Assembly (NCBI GenBank): GCA_044344255.1
Contig: JBIJDH010000002.1
Span: 531,400-595,399, forward strand
Reading direction: 5' to 3'
DNA: 64,000 nucleotides
Origin: Myxococcota bacterium
Lineage (GTDB): Bacteria > Myxococcota_A > UBA796 > UBA2385
Shown here: positions 20,043-29,847 of the stretch, piece after piece
Layout: each line of letters opens with the position of its first letter
Position numbering within the stretch: the first letter of the stretch is position 1
The notes under the pieces: generated by a model
Database searches by the model: none
The model's input: only the letters and a program-made list of their open reading frames with translations
Told to the model about the DNA's origin: nothing
Made by a program: the position numbers and the translations under genes

Positions 20043-21758
20043 TCAAAGACGCCGGCGGAGGAAGAGCAGCGCCAAGGGCAACGTGAACAGCACGGTGTTG
20101 CCGCCCGGGATCCCGGTGGTCCCGCAGCCGCCCGAGCAGCTGCTCGTATCTCCACCGCAGCCGCCGCAACCCTCGCCGCTCGAGTACGTGACCGGCCCCA
20201 GCCAAGCGTAGGCGCCGAGCCAATCCTGATCATCGCCCGCGGGGGCAAGTTGGAGATCGGTGAGCCCGTAGCCGCTGATTGAGGGCAAGGCGATGGCGAG
20301 GCCGGAGACCAGGCTCGAGATGATGGGCTCGATCAGCCCGCCGATGCTGCTCTGGAAGGTGGATTCGATCGTCGGGTTGTCATCCGGGTGGAATTCGTTG
20401 TCCACCACGGTCGGCACGAGATCCTCACCGGCGAGGATGACCTCCGCGTTCAGGCTCCCGGTGGTCCCGTCGAGCGCGAGGTTCACCCCGGCATCGACGC
20501 CGAGGTTGATGCCGACCACCTTGGTCTGGCGGTAGGCCACGGGAGCGTAGATGTCCAGGCCCAGATCGTCGATGTGGACACCGACGTCGTTCTCCGTGGC
20601 GAACTGCAGCACCGGCGCAGCCTCGGGCCGGGTCAAGATCAAGATCTCCTCCGACTCGGGGAAGAGATCGTCGAAGACATTGCCGGTCAGCGATCCGAGG
20701 ATGTCCGTGCTGAGGGCGAAGCCGGTCAGCTCCTCGTCCACGGTTTGACAGAGCATCCCGCCGCGCCACAGCGCGTAGAGCGCCTGATTGCCGATGTCGT
20801 CGGACAGGTTCACGCCGATGTGGTAGTCCGGATCGACCCCTGTGGGCGCGCTGCCCATCGCCGGGGGGGCTGACTCCGTGGCGAGCGAGCCCCCGGGGTC
20901 GTAGGCCGCGACACACTCTGCCGCGGTGTCGGTGCCCATGGAGCCGTCCATGACGAGCCGAGCGCCTGCTGGCGTGACCTCGATGTCAGCGGGGTACAGC
21001 TCCAAGTTGAGCAAGATGCCGTTGACGTCCAGGGCCTGGCTGATCGTGGCCGAGGCGAACGCGTCTTCGATCAAGGTCTCGATCTGCGGTCCAAATCCCG
21101 AGACGGCGTCGAGCAGGTAGGGCTCAGCGAAGGTCAAGATGAGGTCGTAGATGTTGAGACCGAAGAAGTCCAGGACGTCTGCCACCACGCCGATCACGCA
21201 GTTGTCCAGATGAATCTGGTCGCCGGTGAGACCCAGGTCGAGCACGATGTCGCTGACCGTGGCGTCCAGCACCGGACCGTCGGCACCCTCCACGACGTCG
21301 AGGCCAAGGGTGGTGGTCACGTGCACGGTGAAGGGGTCGACGTATCCGTCGCAGGTGTCGCCAATGCACTCCAAGGCCACGTACATGGCCATGGGGTCAG
21401 ACGAGCTGTTGACCGCCACGGTGAGGTCGATGTCGACCGCGAGGTAGCCCGTCTGCGGCGTGATGTGGGCGCTGTTGATCGCGACCGAGGCTTTGCCGTT
21501 GCTGAGCGAGTACTCGTAGCCGCCGAGCAGGCAGGCCGGGAAGCTCGCGTTACTCGACGCGCCCATCGCGGGGATGTCGATCGCCCCTGGAATGAAGCCC
21601 GGCAACAGCCCAGTGATCGCCTCGAAACCATCCGGAGTAATGTCGGCCACCGCCGCATCTTCGATGGTGGCCCCTGGCGCGTGAGTTCCCGCCAGTGTGA
21701 ACCCCGGGATGGAGAACATCAGGATCGCGGCGCCAATTCTCAGCGAGGGGTGGGTCAC
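20043..21758 (-). CDS. Secreted acidic protein with BPI/LBP(TULIP)-like segments and MYXO-CTERM-like anchor
   Basis: Signal peptide; ITPDGFEAI..., VNLSDDIGNQALYALWRGGML; tail GCGGCGG...SGGCG + hydrophobic stretch + RRRL. Confidence 0.65.
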   Translation of the reverse strand: MTHPSLRIGAAILMFSIPGFTLAGTHAPGATIEDAAVADITPDGFEAITGLLPGFIPGAIDIPAMGASSNASFPACLLGGYEYSLSNGKASVAINSAHITPQTGYLAVDIDLTVAVNSSSDPMAMYVALECIGDTCDGYVDPFTVHVTTTLGLDVVEGADGPVLDATVSDIVLDLGLTGDQIHLDNCVIGVVADVLDFFGLNIYDLILTFAEPYLLDAVSGFGPQIETLIEDAFASATISQALDVNGILLNLELYPADIEVTPAGARLVMDGSMGTDTAAECVAAYDPGGSLATESAPPAMGSAPTGVDPDYHIGVNLSDDIGNQALYALWRGGMLCQTVDEELTGFALSTDILGSLTGNVFDDLFPESEEILILTRPEAAPVLQFATENDVGVHIDDLGLDIYAPVAYRQTKVVGINLGVDAGVNLALDGTTGSLNAEVILAGEDLVPTVVDNEFHPDDNPTIESTFQSSIGGLIEPIISSLVSGLAIALPSISGYGLTDLQLAPAGDDQDWLGAYAWLGPVTYSSGEGCGGCGGDTSSCSGGCGTTGIPGGNTVLFTLPLALLFLRRRL

Positions 21759-21822
21759 GACGGCCTCAGGGATACGGGAGCGTCGCCTATCGTAGCGCCC
21801 GCGGAGGCCCTGCGCCATCGAA

Positions 21823-22470
21823 TCAAGCCGAGAGCGAACGAATGTGAAGGTAGCGTGCCCCCGCCGCCGCTGCCGCCGCGCCATCCGTGTCGTCCCGGTC
21901 ACCGATGTGGAGGAGACGCCCCGGAGTCACCCCGAGCTGGGCCGCTGCGGCAAAGAGGCCGTCGGGCTGTGGCTTGAAGGCGCCCAGCGCCCGACAGTCA
22001 ACGACGCAAGACCAGCCATCAAGGTCCAAGGCTCGAAGTTTATCCAAGGCGGGGAAGTCGCTCACCACGGCGCGGGGCAGGCCGCGCACGTCGACAGCCT
22101 TGATCAAGGCTGCCACCTCTGGGCGGACCCCACCGAACCGGAAGACCGATGGCCACCGGATGTCGAGCTCGTCGTGGAGCACCTCCCGGATCCGATCGGG
22201 CGATCCGCCAACGCGAAGTCCGACACGGCGGGCCAACTCGAGCTCGGCGTCGAGGACCCGCTCGTGCCGAAGCTCGTCTACGGCCCGGCCGTGCGCCAGC
22301 AGGATCCGGGGGTGGACCAGGAGGCGGGGCCAGGATCGGAGGAGCAAGGGGCCGGTGTCGACCAGCGTCCCGTCCAGATCAAAGGTCACAGCCTCCACAC
22401 CGTGGAGCAGCGTCGAACAGCGTTGAGGATCCAGGGGCCCCCCCTCCTTGACGGGTCCAGAAGCTATCAT
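21823..22470 (-). CDS. HAD-family hydrolase (start uncertain)
   Basis: FDLDGTLVD, VVSD, KPQPD, HIGDRDDTDG. Confidence 0.85.
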   Translation of the reverse strand: MIASGPVKEGGPLDPQRCSTLLHGVEAVTFDLDGTLVDTGPLLLRSWPRLLVHPRILLAHGRAVDELRHERVLDAELELARRVGLRVGGSPDRIREVLHDELDIRWPSVFRFGGVRPEVAALIKAVDVRGLPRAVVSDFPALDKLRALDLDGWSCVVDCRALGAFKPQPDGLFAAAAQLGVTPGRLLHIGDRDDTDGAAAAAAGARYLHIRSLSA

Positions 22471-22476
22471 TATAGG
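22448..22476 (+). promoter_or_regulatory. Candidate sigma70-type promoter upstream of tRNA-Phe
   Basis: TTGACG-17 nt-TATAGG. Confidence 0.35.
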
Positions 22477-22693
22477 CACTGCGCTTCGGACAGCTGGTTG
22501 AGCTGGTTCGCGATGCGAAGGGGTTCCTTGGGTTCCCTTCGTATGGGACTTGTTGAAGTGGCATGTGCGGGGTCCTCGGGCCATGGCTTGGGGCGTTCAG
22601 GTAGGCACATGGTGAAACCATGGGTTGCCTGAACACGAAGCTCGCGATAAGGAAGAGAAACACTCTGAAGAGAGTGCGCTGCGGTTGAAACAA

Positions 22694-22766
22694 GGCCAGG
22701 TAGCTCAGTTGGTAGAGCAGGGGACTGAAAATCCCCGTGTCGGCGGTTCAATTCCGTCTCTGGCCA
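22694..22766 (+). tRNA. tRNA-Phe (GAA); CCA not fully encoded (followed by CCT)
   Basis: Acceptor GGCCAGG/TCTGGCC, D-arm TAGCTCAGTTGGTAGAGC, anticodon loop CTGAAAA, T-loop GGTTCAATTCC. Confidence 0.97.
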
Positions 22767-22777
22767 CCTTTTTCTCA

Positions 22778-23086
22778 TTGCTCGTCTGCACCCTGCTTGG
22801 ATGTTCAAGTCAGGATGATTGCGAAGAGCTATGTACCCGCACCGCCAATCGCTTGTCTACCTGTATCGCTGGTTGGCCTACCGTTTGGGACGACTTTGGC
22901 GCCACGGGTCGGCGATCCTACATCAACGGTTGCCAGAATCGTTGGGCCGAAGTCCGTATTGATCTGGAGCCCCGTGAGCTGGACGACGCGTTGGACCAAT
23001 GCCAGGAGAGCCTCGACGCCCTCGACCAGATGAAGGACGATGGCGAAACCTGCGCCGACCTGCGGGCCCTCTTCTTGCTCCGTTGA
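22778..23086 (+). CDS. Small Cys-rich putative lipoprotein (true start may lie further upstream, within the tRNA)
   Basis: LLGC lipobox; mature part with CEELC and further Cys; natural-looking composition. Confidence 0.55.
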   Translation: MLVCTLLGCSSQDDCEELCTRTANRLSTCIAGWPTVWDDFGATGRRSYINGCQNRWAEVRIDLEPRELDDALDQCQESLDALDQMKDDGETCADLRALFLLR

Positions 23087-23149
23087 CATCGCCGCAGTCG
23101 AGCGCCGTTCCTGGACTGTCTCGCCGCCGATGAGGCGACCGAGCGCCGC

Positions 23150-24547
23150 CTAGTCGTAGATCACCTCGCGGCGGGAGATCCCTAGGCGGTGAATTCGATA
23201 GTTCAGATTTGAACGGGAGATTCCGAGGAGCTTCGCCGCTCGGGCCTGCACTCCATCCTCCTTGCGGAGCGCGTCGATGATCAGACGCCGCTCGTAGACC
23301 TCGAGCGCTGCGCCCAACGTCCCGCTGCAGGTTGTGGGCTCCGGCAGGGCCGGCGGACGAGGGGTTGCTGGCACCGCCTCCTCCTCTCCCAGCCGGATGT
23401 CGGTGATCTCCTCGCCAGGGCTTAGGATCACGGCTCGCTCCAAGGTGTGCTCCAGCTCCCGGACGTTGCCCGGCCAGGAGTAGGCGAGCATCGCCTCGAG
23501 GGCCGCGGGAGAGACGCGGCGAGCGGGGCGCTGGTGTCGGACCGCGAAGCGCTGGATGAAGTGCTCCACCAACAGCGGGATGTCGTCCCGACGTTGGTGC
23601 AGCGCGGGAAGTGGAATGTGGAACACGTTGAGTCGGTAGTAGAGATCCTCCCGAAAACGTCCCTCTCTAACCTCCTTTCTCAAATCTCGATTGGTGGCCG
23701 CCACGACCCGGACGTCCACCCGGATCACCTCCGAGCCGCCCACCCGCTGAAGCTCGCCTGACTCCAGCACCCGCAAGAGCCGCACTTGTGTCGCGAGCGG
23801 GATCTCGCCGATCTCGTCGAGAAGGAGAGTCCCTCCGGCCGCCTGCTCGAAGCGCCCCCGGTGCTGGCGAACCGCACCGGTGAAGGCGCCCTTCTCGTGC
23901 CCGAAGAGCTCAGACTCGAGCAGGCCTTCAGGGAGCGCTGCGCAATTGACTCCAACAAAGGCGCCTTCATGACGAGGGCTCCGGTAGTGGATGGCGTGAG
24001 CGATGAGCTCCTTCCCGGTGCCGGTGGGCCCCGTGATCAGGACCAAGGCGTCCGAGGTCGCTACCGCAGACACCAACGTATAGACTTCGCGCATCGCCGA
24101 TGTCTGCCCGATCACCCGCTCGAAGCCGTAGCGATCGGCGAGCTCGGCGCGGAGCTGGACGACTTCCTTCTCGAGCGCGCGGTTTCTCAGCGCCCGTTCG
24201 AGGATGACCAGGAGCTCATCCTTACTGACCGGCTTGATGATGTAGTCGGCCGCGCCGGAACGCATGGCATGAACTGCGTCTTCGATGCTGCCGCCACCCG
24301 TCATCATCACGACCGGCACGGTGGGCCATTGCGCTTTCACGGACTGAAGGAGGGCGCTCCCCCCTCCGCCGGGCATCTTCACGTCGCTCAGGACGAGAGA
24401 GCATGGGCGCTCGGTCATCACTGCGAGCGCCTCCTCCGCGTTCTCCGCCAGCACGACTTCGTAGCCGGCCTTCGACAGGTTCACGCGCAATGCGCTTCGG
24501 ACCGCCCGATCATCGTCGACGACGAGGAGGCGGGCTCCGCTGGTCAC
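23150..24547 (-). CDS. Sigma54-dependent response regulator (NtrC/AtoC family; REC-AAA+-Fis HTH)
   Basis: [64 protein letters not shown] overlap with sppA stop. Confidence 0.93.
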   Translation of the reverse strand: MTSGARLLVVDDDRAVRSALRVNLSKAGYEVVLAENAEEALAVMTERPCSLVLSDVKMPGGGGSALLQSVKAQWPTVPVVMMTGGGSIEDAVHAMRSGAADYIIKPVSKDELLVILERALRNRALEKEVVQLRAELADRYGFERVIGQTSAMREVYTLVSAVATSDALVLITGPTGTGKELIAHAIHYRSPRHEGAFVGVNCAALPEGLLESELFGHEKGAFTGAVRQHRGRFEQAAGGTLLLDEIGEIPLATQVRLLRVLESGELQRVGGSEVIRVDVRVVAATNRDLRKEVREGRFREDLYYRLNVFHIPLPALHQRRDDIPLLVEHFIQRFAVRHQRPARRVSPAALEAMLAYSWPGNVRELEHTLERAVILSPGEEITDIRLGEEEAVPATPRPPALPEPTTCSGTLGAALEVYERRLIIDALRKEDGVQARAAKLLGISRSNLNYRIHRLGISRREVIYD

Positions 24548-27024
24548 CGGACTTCCAAGCGATACGGAAGGAGCATCCAAACCTTTTCGTCGGACAGGCG
24601 CCTCATGTCCTCAAGGGCCTGAAGAGTCTCGGGCATGGCAGGGCTCCGCGCCGTGAGCCGGTCTTGCAGGCCGAGCTCCGCCGCGCGGACGGCCTGGGTC
24701 ACGAGCTCACCGCTCGCGAGAGGGTAGGCACCGTAGGAGATCAGCTCGACATGCACGTTCTCCGAGATTCCGGCCTCCCTGCGCGCCCTCGCCACCGCGT
24801 CAGCGAACCCGCCGAGCTCATCGACCAGCCCGTTCTGCTTGGCCGCCTGGCCGGACCACACCCTCCCGCGGGCGACGGCCTCCACCTGCGACTCGTCCAG
24901 GGAGCGGCCCTTCATGACCCGGTCCTTGAACTGTCGGTAGGTCTCGCCGACCATCCGATCCATCGCGGCAAACTCGATGTCGTCCATCGGGTGGGACATC
25001 GACCACATCGCGGCGTTCCGTCCCCGCTTGTAGATTTCGGAGCCCACACCCAGCTTCTCGTAGAGGGACTCCAGATTGAACTTGCCAGAATAGACGCCGA
25101 TGCTCCCCGTGATAGTCGAAGGTAGGGCGTAGATCGCGGTCGCTCCGGCCGCGACGTAGTATCCGCCCGATGCCGCCAGCCCGCCCATCGAGACGACCAC
25201 AGGCTTGTCCGCTTCTTGAACACGGCTGATCGCCCGGTAGATCTCGTCCGAGGCGAAGGCGCTGCCCCCTGGGCTATCGACGCGGAGAACGACAGCTTTG
25301 ACGCTATCATCGCCGCGGGCCTGTTCGAGCTGCCGGACGACGGTGTCGCCCCCGGTGACCGCGGATCCGCCCCCGAGCAGGCCGCCGCTGTAGCCGGATT
25401 CGCCTGTGACGATCTCGCCGACGACGTAGATCACGGCGATCTCACGGCTGGCCCGCCAACCGTTGGCCGCGTCCTCGACACCATAGCTCTCGTCGAAGTT
25501 GGCCTCGCCATCGAAGGCGGCATCGACCTCTTTCTCGAACTCGTCTGGGTACGCCAAGCGGTCCACCAGTCCCTTCTCCAGCGCCTCGGCCGCGGTATAC
25601 GGGCCGCCGTCCACCAGCTTCAGGATCTGCTCGTCCGTCTTGCCTCGGGAGTCGGCGATCCCCCGGCGCCAGGCTGCCGACAGATCGTCGACGAGGGACT
25701 CCATCTCCTCGCGCGTCCCCGGCGAAGCCTCGCTTGACGTGTACTGCTCTGGGCCCGACTTGTACTCGGAGCGACGAGCGAATTGGGCCTTAACTCCGAC
25801 GAGATCCAAGGTCGATCGGAAGAACTGCAGCTCCATCGACAGCCCGATCAGGCTCAGCTCCCCCGCGGGGTGGAGGAATACCTTGTCTGCGGATGCGGCC
25901 AACAGATAAGCACCGTTTGACGTCGCCTTGTCCAGGTAGACGTAGATGGGCTTCTTGTTCAGCTTGGCGACCGCGAGGACAGCTCGCAGCTCCTCAATTT
26001 GGGCCAGCGAGAAGGGTGTAGCGTCCAACTCCAGGACGATCCCGTCCACACCGGGATCGCGGGCGGCGCGCTCCAGGCGCTGGAGGAGGTGGAGGTAGCT
26101 CTCCGCCGATTCACCCAGAAAGAAGGCGGATGGCGGATTGTAGGGGTAAGAGTCCGCAATCCGGAATGTGGGCACCCTGTGCCCGTGGCCGATCAAGCGC
26201 TCCTCCGGCGCCGTCGACGCGCCGTACAGGGCGAGGTTCGCGACGCCACCGTTGGTCGGCAGGTATCCGTGGGCCCCCATGCCAGATCGTCCGAAATAGA
26301 TCTCGAGGCCAGCGCCGAGCGTGCCCACTTGGTCGACGGAACCTCGGACCACCAAGCCTTCTCTCGGGTGAAGGCGGAGGTTCGCTGCGAAGGCCCCAGG
26401 GGTCGTCACGTTGTTCGACAAGAGGTAGTCCAGGCCCAGCGTGACCTTGTCGCCCCAAGGCCGGAAGGCCACAGCAGGGCCAAAACGAGGGTCTACCCTG
26501 GCTTGGTCGCTGCCCACGTTGCGGGAGACCGCGGACATACCAAACCAGGTGAGCGGTCGCCAGGACGCACCCAGATCCCACAACGCAAAATTCTGTTGGT
26601 CACCCTCAGGGATTTGCCAGCCCACAGCTCCACCGATCCCAAATTGCTGATCCAGGCGTAGGGACAGCGCAGCGGAGAGGGACCACCACGCGGGCACAGT
26701 CCCATCGACCGACGCGCTGCGGTAGCTGAGTCCGGCGCCCAGCGGGCCCAAGTTGGTGGCCATCGCGAGGCGGCCGGGGGCGTCCTGATCGACGTTCTGC
26801 TGGTACAGGATGAACCAGGACGGGGAGGGGTCCAACGCGAGGTTCGCGGGATTGCTCCAAAGTGCGGCCGCGCCATCGTCGCCAGCGGTGGACCACGACG
26901 GGAGGGTAGGGCGCTCAGCGGAGGCCTCCACCGCGCGAGCCGGCGCCGCGGTCAGGGCCGCGACCAGGAGAGAGATCAGGCCCGCCCGGTTTCCTTGGCG
27001 GTGCTCTTCGGGCTGACCGGGCAT
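24544..27024 (-). CDS. sppA: Signal peptide peptidase SppA (two S49 domains) with N-terminal beta-barrel-like domain
   Basis: EYKSGPE (Lys), LRVDSPGGSAFAS, SMGGLAASGGY (Ser), TITGSIGV, GRVWSG; ATG 27024 after AAGGAG; N-terminal WSNPANLA plus amphipathic strands. Confidence 0.9.
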   Translation of the reverse strand: MPGQPEEHRQGNRAGLISLLVAALTAAPARAVEASAERPTLPSWSTAGDDGAAALWSNPANLALDPSPSWFILYQQNVDQDAPGRLAMATNLGPLGAGLSYRSASVDGTVPAWWSLSAALSLRLDQQFGIGGAVGWQIPEGDQQNFALWDLGASWRPLTWFGMSAVSRNVGSDQARVDPRFGPAVAFRPWGDKVTLGLDYLLSNNVTTPGAFAANLRLHPREGLVVRGSVDQVGTLGAGLEIYFGRSGMGAHGYLPTNGGVANLALYGASTAPEERLIGHGHRVPTFRIADSYPYNPPSAFFLGESAESYLHLLQRLERAARDPGVDGIVLELDATPFSLAQIEELRAVLAVAKLNKKPIYVYLDKATSNGAYLLAASADKVFLHPAGELSLIGLSMELQFFRSTLDLVGVKAQFARRSEYKSGPEQYTSSEASPGTREEMESLVDDLSAAWRRGIADSRGKTDEQILKLVDGGPYTAAEALEKGLVDRLAYPDEFEKEVDAAFDGEANFDESYGVEDAANGWRASREIAVIYVVGEIVTGESGYSGGLLGGGSAVTGGDTVVRQLEQARGDDSVKAVVLRVDSPGGSAFASDEIYRAISRVQEADKPVVVSMGGLAASGGYYVAAGATAIYALPSTITGSIGVYSGKFNLESLYEKLGVGSEIYKRGRNAAMWSMSHPMDDIEFAAMDRMVGETYRQFKDRVMKGRSLDESQVEAVARGRVWSGQAAKQNGLVDELGGFADAVARARREAGISENVHVELISYGAYPLASGELVTQAVRAAELGLQDRLTARSPAMPETLQALEDMRRLSDEKVWMLLPYRLEVR

Positions 27025-27221
27025 GCGGCGCTCCTTCGGTGCGTTGCACTCTTGCCACACCGGGGCCCAACGTGCCAGGGACTGCCGGCCGGCCGGCCTG
27101 CCGTCCCCGGCCTTCACCGCTTACACTGCGCCCGCCGGCACGCTTCGCGCGCCGGTACAATGTGCCCGCCGATCTCCGCTCACCCTCGCCGCCCTTCGCC
27201 TCCGAGCGCCTCATACACCCC

Positions 27222-28751
27222 ATGAAACTTCGGCTGTTGTCCCTCGGTGCACTCCTGCTGCTCGCACCGGCTCGAGCCGGAGGAGAAGCTCCTGCTGCGG
27301 CTCCTTCGGAGTTCCCCTTGTCTCCGTTGCTCGGCGGCCTGCCCCAAGATCGGCTGTTCCGAGACGCTCAGGTTGCGATGCAGGTGGTTGACGTTGTCAC
27401 CGGAGATGAGGTCTACGCGTGGCAGCCCGACACCGCCCTCGTCCCGGCCTCCGTGATGAAGGTGGTGACCTCCGCGGCTGCCCTTCGTACGCTCGGTCCC
27501 GCTTGGCGCTTCAACACCACGCTGTCTCGGGTCGGCGAGGTGGACGAAGACGGCGTGCTGAAGGGTGACCTCTACGTGTCCGGCACCGGCGACCCTACGC
27601 TCGTCGTGGAGAAGCTGTGGAAGCTCGTCCATGACCTCCAGAAGCAGGGCGTGCGCGCGATCGACGGGGACATCATCTTCGATGACTCCTACTTCGACAG
27701 CGAGCACCTGGTGCGAGGGTGGACCAAGAAGGTCGACATTGCGGCCGGTCCTGCCTACTTTGCCCCGATCGGGGCGCTCACGGTGAACCAGAACACCGCC
27801 TGCATCTTGGTGGCGCCGGGGACGCGCGCGGGATCCCCGGCGAGGGTGGAGCTCGACACTCCGTCGGAGCTGGTCGAGATCGTCAACCAGGTCCGCACGG
27901 TGGACCGGGGCAGGAAGGGATGGCTGCGGGTGGAGCGTGAGATCGACGAGAAGTCGGACCGGATCACCTTCACCGTCCGAGGTGAGATCGCCGCAGACGC
28001 GCCGGTCGAGGCCGAGTACCGCGCGGTGGGAGCGCCGCTTCCATGGTTCATGAGCGTGTTTGAAGGTCTGATGCAGGACCAGCGCGTTCCGGTGAAGGGC
28101 CGATACCGGGCCGGGAAGACCCCAAAGGAGGCCGTGGTCGTGACCCGCCTCGCGTCGCAGCCCCTGACCGAAGTGCTGAACCACATGAACAAGTACTCGA
28201 GCAACATCATGGCGGAGTCGGTGCTCAAGGCGATGGGCGCGGAAGCGCATGGCGCGCCGGGAACTGCCGAGAAAGGAGTCAAGGTGGTGGACGCCTACTT
28301 GACGGGGATCGGGCTGAAGACCGGCGACTACACCTTGGTCAACGGCTCGGGCCTCTCGTTGGACGTTCGCCTCAAGCCATCCCAGATCAACGCCGTGCTC
28401 GTCGACATGAACCGGGACGTCCGCCTCGGACCGGAGTACCTCGCCAGCCTCTCCGTGGCCGGCGTCGACGGCACTCTTCGCCGCCGGTCGGCCCCGACGG
28501 GGATGTCGGGGCGAATGCGCGGAAAGACGGGTAGTATCAATGGAATCTACTGCCTCGCTGGATTCATCACCGGCGCGGACAACCACACTTACGCCTTCAC
28601 CATGCTGGTCAACGGAATGCGGAAGGGCTCAACCGTGCGCGCGTTGCAGGACCGCTTCACCAACTCGCTCCTCGCCGCTGGCGCCACTGTGACCGGCGCG
28701 GAAGAGGGTCCCGATGATGAGGAGGCTCAAGGGGCGGAGCCTCCACCATGA
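27222..28751 (+). CDS. dacB: D-Ala-D-Ala carboxypeptidase/endopeptidase PBP4 (peptidase S13)
   Basis: PASVMK (SxxK), GTGDPTL, KYSSN (SxN), NGSGLS, GKTGS (KTG). Confidence 0.93.
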   Translation: MKLRLLSLGALLLLAPARAGGEAPAAAPSEFPLSPLLGGLPQDRLFRDAQVAMQVVDVVTGDEVYAWQPDTALVPASVMKVVTSAAALRTLGPAWRFNTTLSRVGEVDEDGVLKGDLYVSGTGDPTLVVEKLWKLVHDLQKQGVRAIDGDIIFDDSYFDSEHLVRGWTKKVDIAAGPAYFAPIGALTVNQNTACILVAPGTRAGSPARVELDTPSELVEIVNQVRTVDRGRKGWLRVEREIDEKSDRITFTVRGEIAADAPVEAEYRAVGAPLPWFMSVFEGLMQDQRVPVKGRYRAGKTPKEAVVVTRLASQPLTEVLNHMNKYSSNIMAESVLKAMGAEAHGAPGTAEKGVKVVDAYLTGIGLKTGDYTLVNGSGLSLDVRLKPSQINAVLVDMNRDVRLGPEYLASLSVAGVDGTLRRRSAPTGMSGRMRGKTGSINGIYCLAGFITGADNHTYAFTMLVNGMRKGSTVRALQDRFTNSLLAAGATVTGAEEGPDDEEAQGAEPPP

Positions 28752-29165
28752 GGGCGTGTACCGCAGCGGGTGCCTCGCCGGACGGGGAGGACCTCCGCCG
28801 ACCACTTTCAACGGGGGTGGGGGGTGCCCGAGGCAGGGTGGACCGAATATTAGGGTCGGAAGGGATCCGGACCGTGGGGGTCCGGCTGGGGTGGGTCAAG
28901 ATCTGGTGCGTTCCCGGTGAGGCCCAGCGGGGGCGGGTTAGACTGTAGGTGTGGTAGAGCTAGTGCGTGCACCTGGGGTGGACGCACTCTTCTAAGGATT
29001 GTCCAGGATTTCGCTACAACTTGAGCCGCCGGGCCCTCCATGGCCGGCCGAAGCGGGGCGGGGCCCCACCGTGAACCCGCCCGTCCCAGACAGCGCCCGC
29101 ACCCCAGCTCGTCAAGTCAAGCACACGTTTTCAAGCCCGAGAGCTTTCGCAGGGAGATCACCCGG

Positions 29166-29813
29166 ATGATTCAGAAGCCCCTTCTCGCCGCAGTAGGTGT
29201 CACCTGGGCCTTCTTCGCGGGTGCGGCGTACGCTCAAGCCACCCCGGCCTCGGCCCCCGCCGCGCCTGCGGACTCTGCCGCCTACAACCGCGAGCTGTTG
29301 ACCGTCGAGGAAGAGGTCCATGCCCTCAAGGAGGACGTGTTCCGCTCCAAGGCCACCCTGCAGCTGCTCCGAGAGATCGTGATCCAGGGCGCGTCGGCTG
29401 GTTCGCGTGCCACACTTTGGCACGTCAACCAGCTCAGCCAGGGGTACGTGGTCGAGTCCGCCACCTACTATCTGGATGGCCAGGGCAAGTTCTCGAAGGC
29501 CGATCCCAACGGTGGCTTGGATCAGATGAAGGAGTTCAAGGTCTGGGAGGGGGCGGTGACGCCCGGTAACCATGACATCACAGTGAGCCTCCAGCTGCGA
29601 GGGAACGGGTTTGGCGTCTTCTCTTACGTGAAGGACTACACCTTCAACGTGCAGTCCAGCACCACCTTCACGGCAGAGGAGGGCAAGACCTGCTCCGTCA
29701 AGGTGATCGCAGACGAGAGGAAGGGGATCGCGAAGTCCTTCATCGAAAAGCCGGACGTGCGTTTCGAGACCCAGTGCATTCGTCTGGTTGAATCGGCAGG
29801 TGGCGCGAAGTGA
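29166..29813 (+). CDS. Secreted hypothetical protein (coiled coil plus beta domain), first gene of Agl/Glt-like cluster
   Basis: Signal peptide ending AYA; VEEEVHALKEDVFRSKATLQLL; LRGNGFGVFSYV; ATG after AGGGAG. Confidence 0.75.
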   Translation: MIQKPLLAAVGVTWAFFAGAAYAQATPASAPAAPADSAAYNRELLTVEEEVHALKEDVFRSKATLQLLREIVIQGASAGSRATLWHVNQLSQGYVVESATYYLDGQGKFSKADPNGGLDQMKEFKVWEGAVTPGNHDITVSLQLRGNGFGVFSYVKDYTFNVQSSTTFTAEEGKTCSVKVIADERKGIAKSFIEKPDVRFETQCIRLVESAGGAK

Positions 29814-29847
29814 AGCCCCACCTTCGCCCAAATCGCGGGTTGGTTCC

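Noticed and set aside
22694..23150. tRNA-Phe as integration site of a genomic island
   Set aside because: No integrase and no duplicated tRNA 3' end noticed; downstream genes look chromosomal
27040..27080. Sigma54 promoter upstream of sppA (TGGCACG on minus strand)
   Set aside because: No TTGC at the -12 position with correct spacing
28752..29165. Structured ncRNA (RNase P, SRP, tmRNA, 6S) in the long intergenic region
   Set aside because: No hallmark sequences recognised; a covariance-model search would be needed to exclude others
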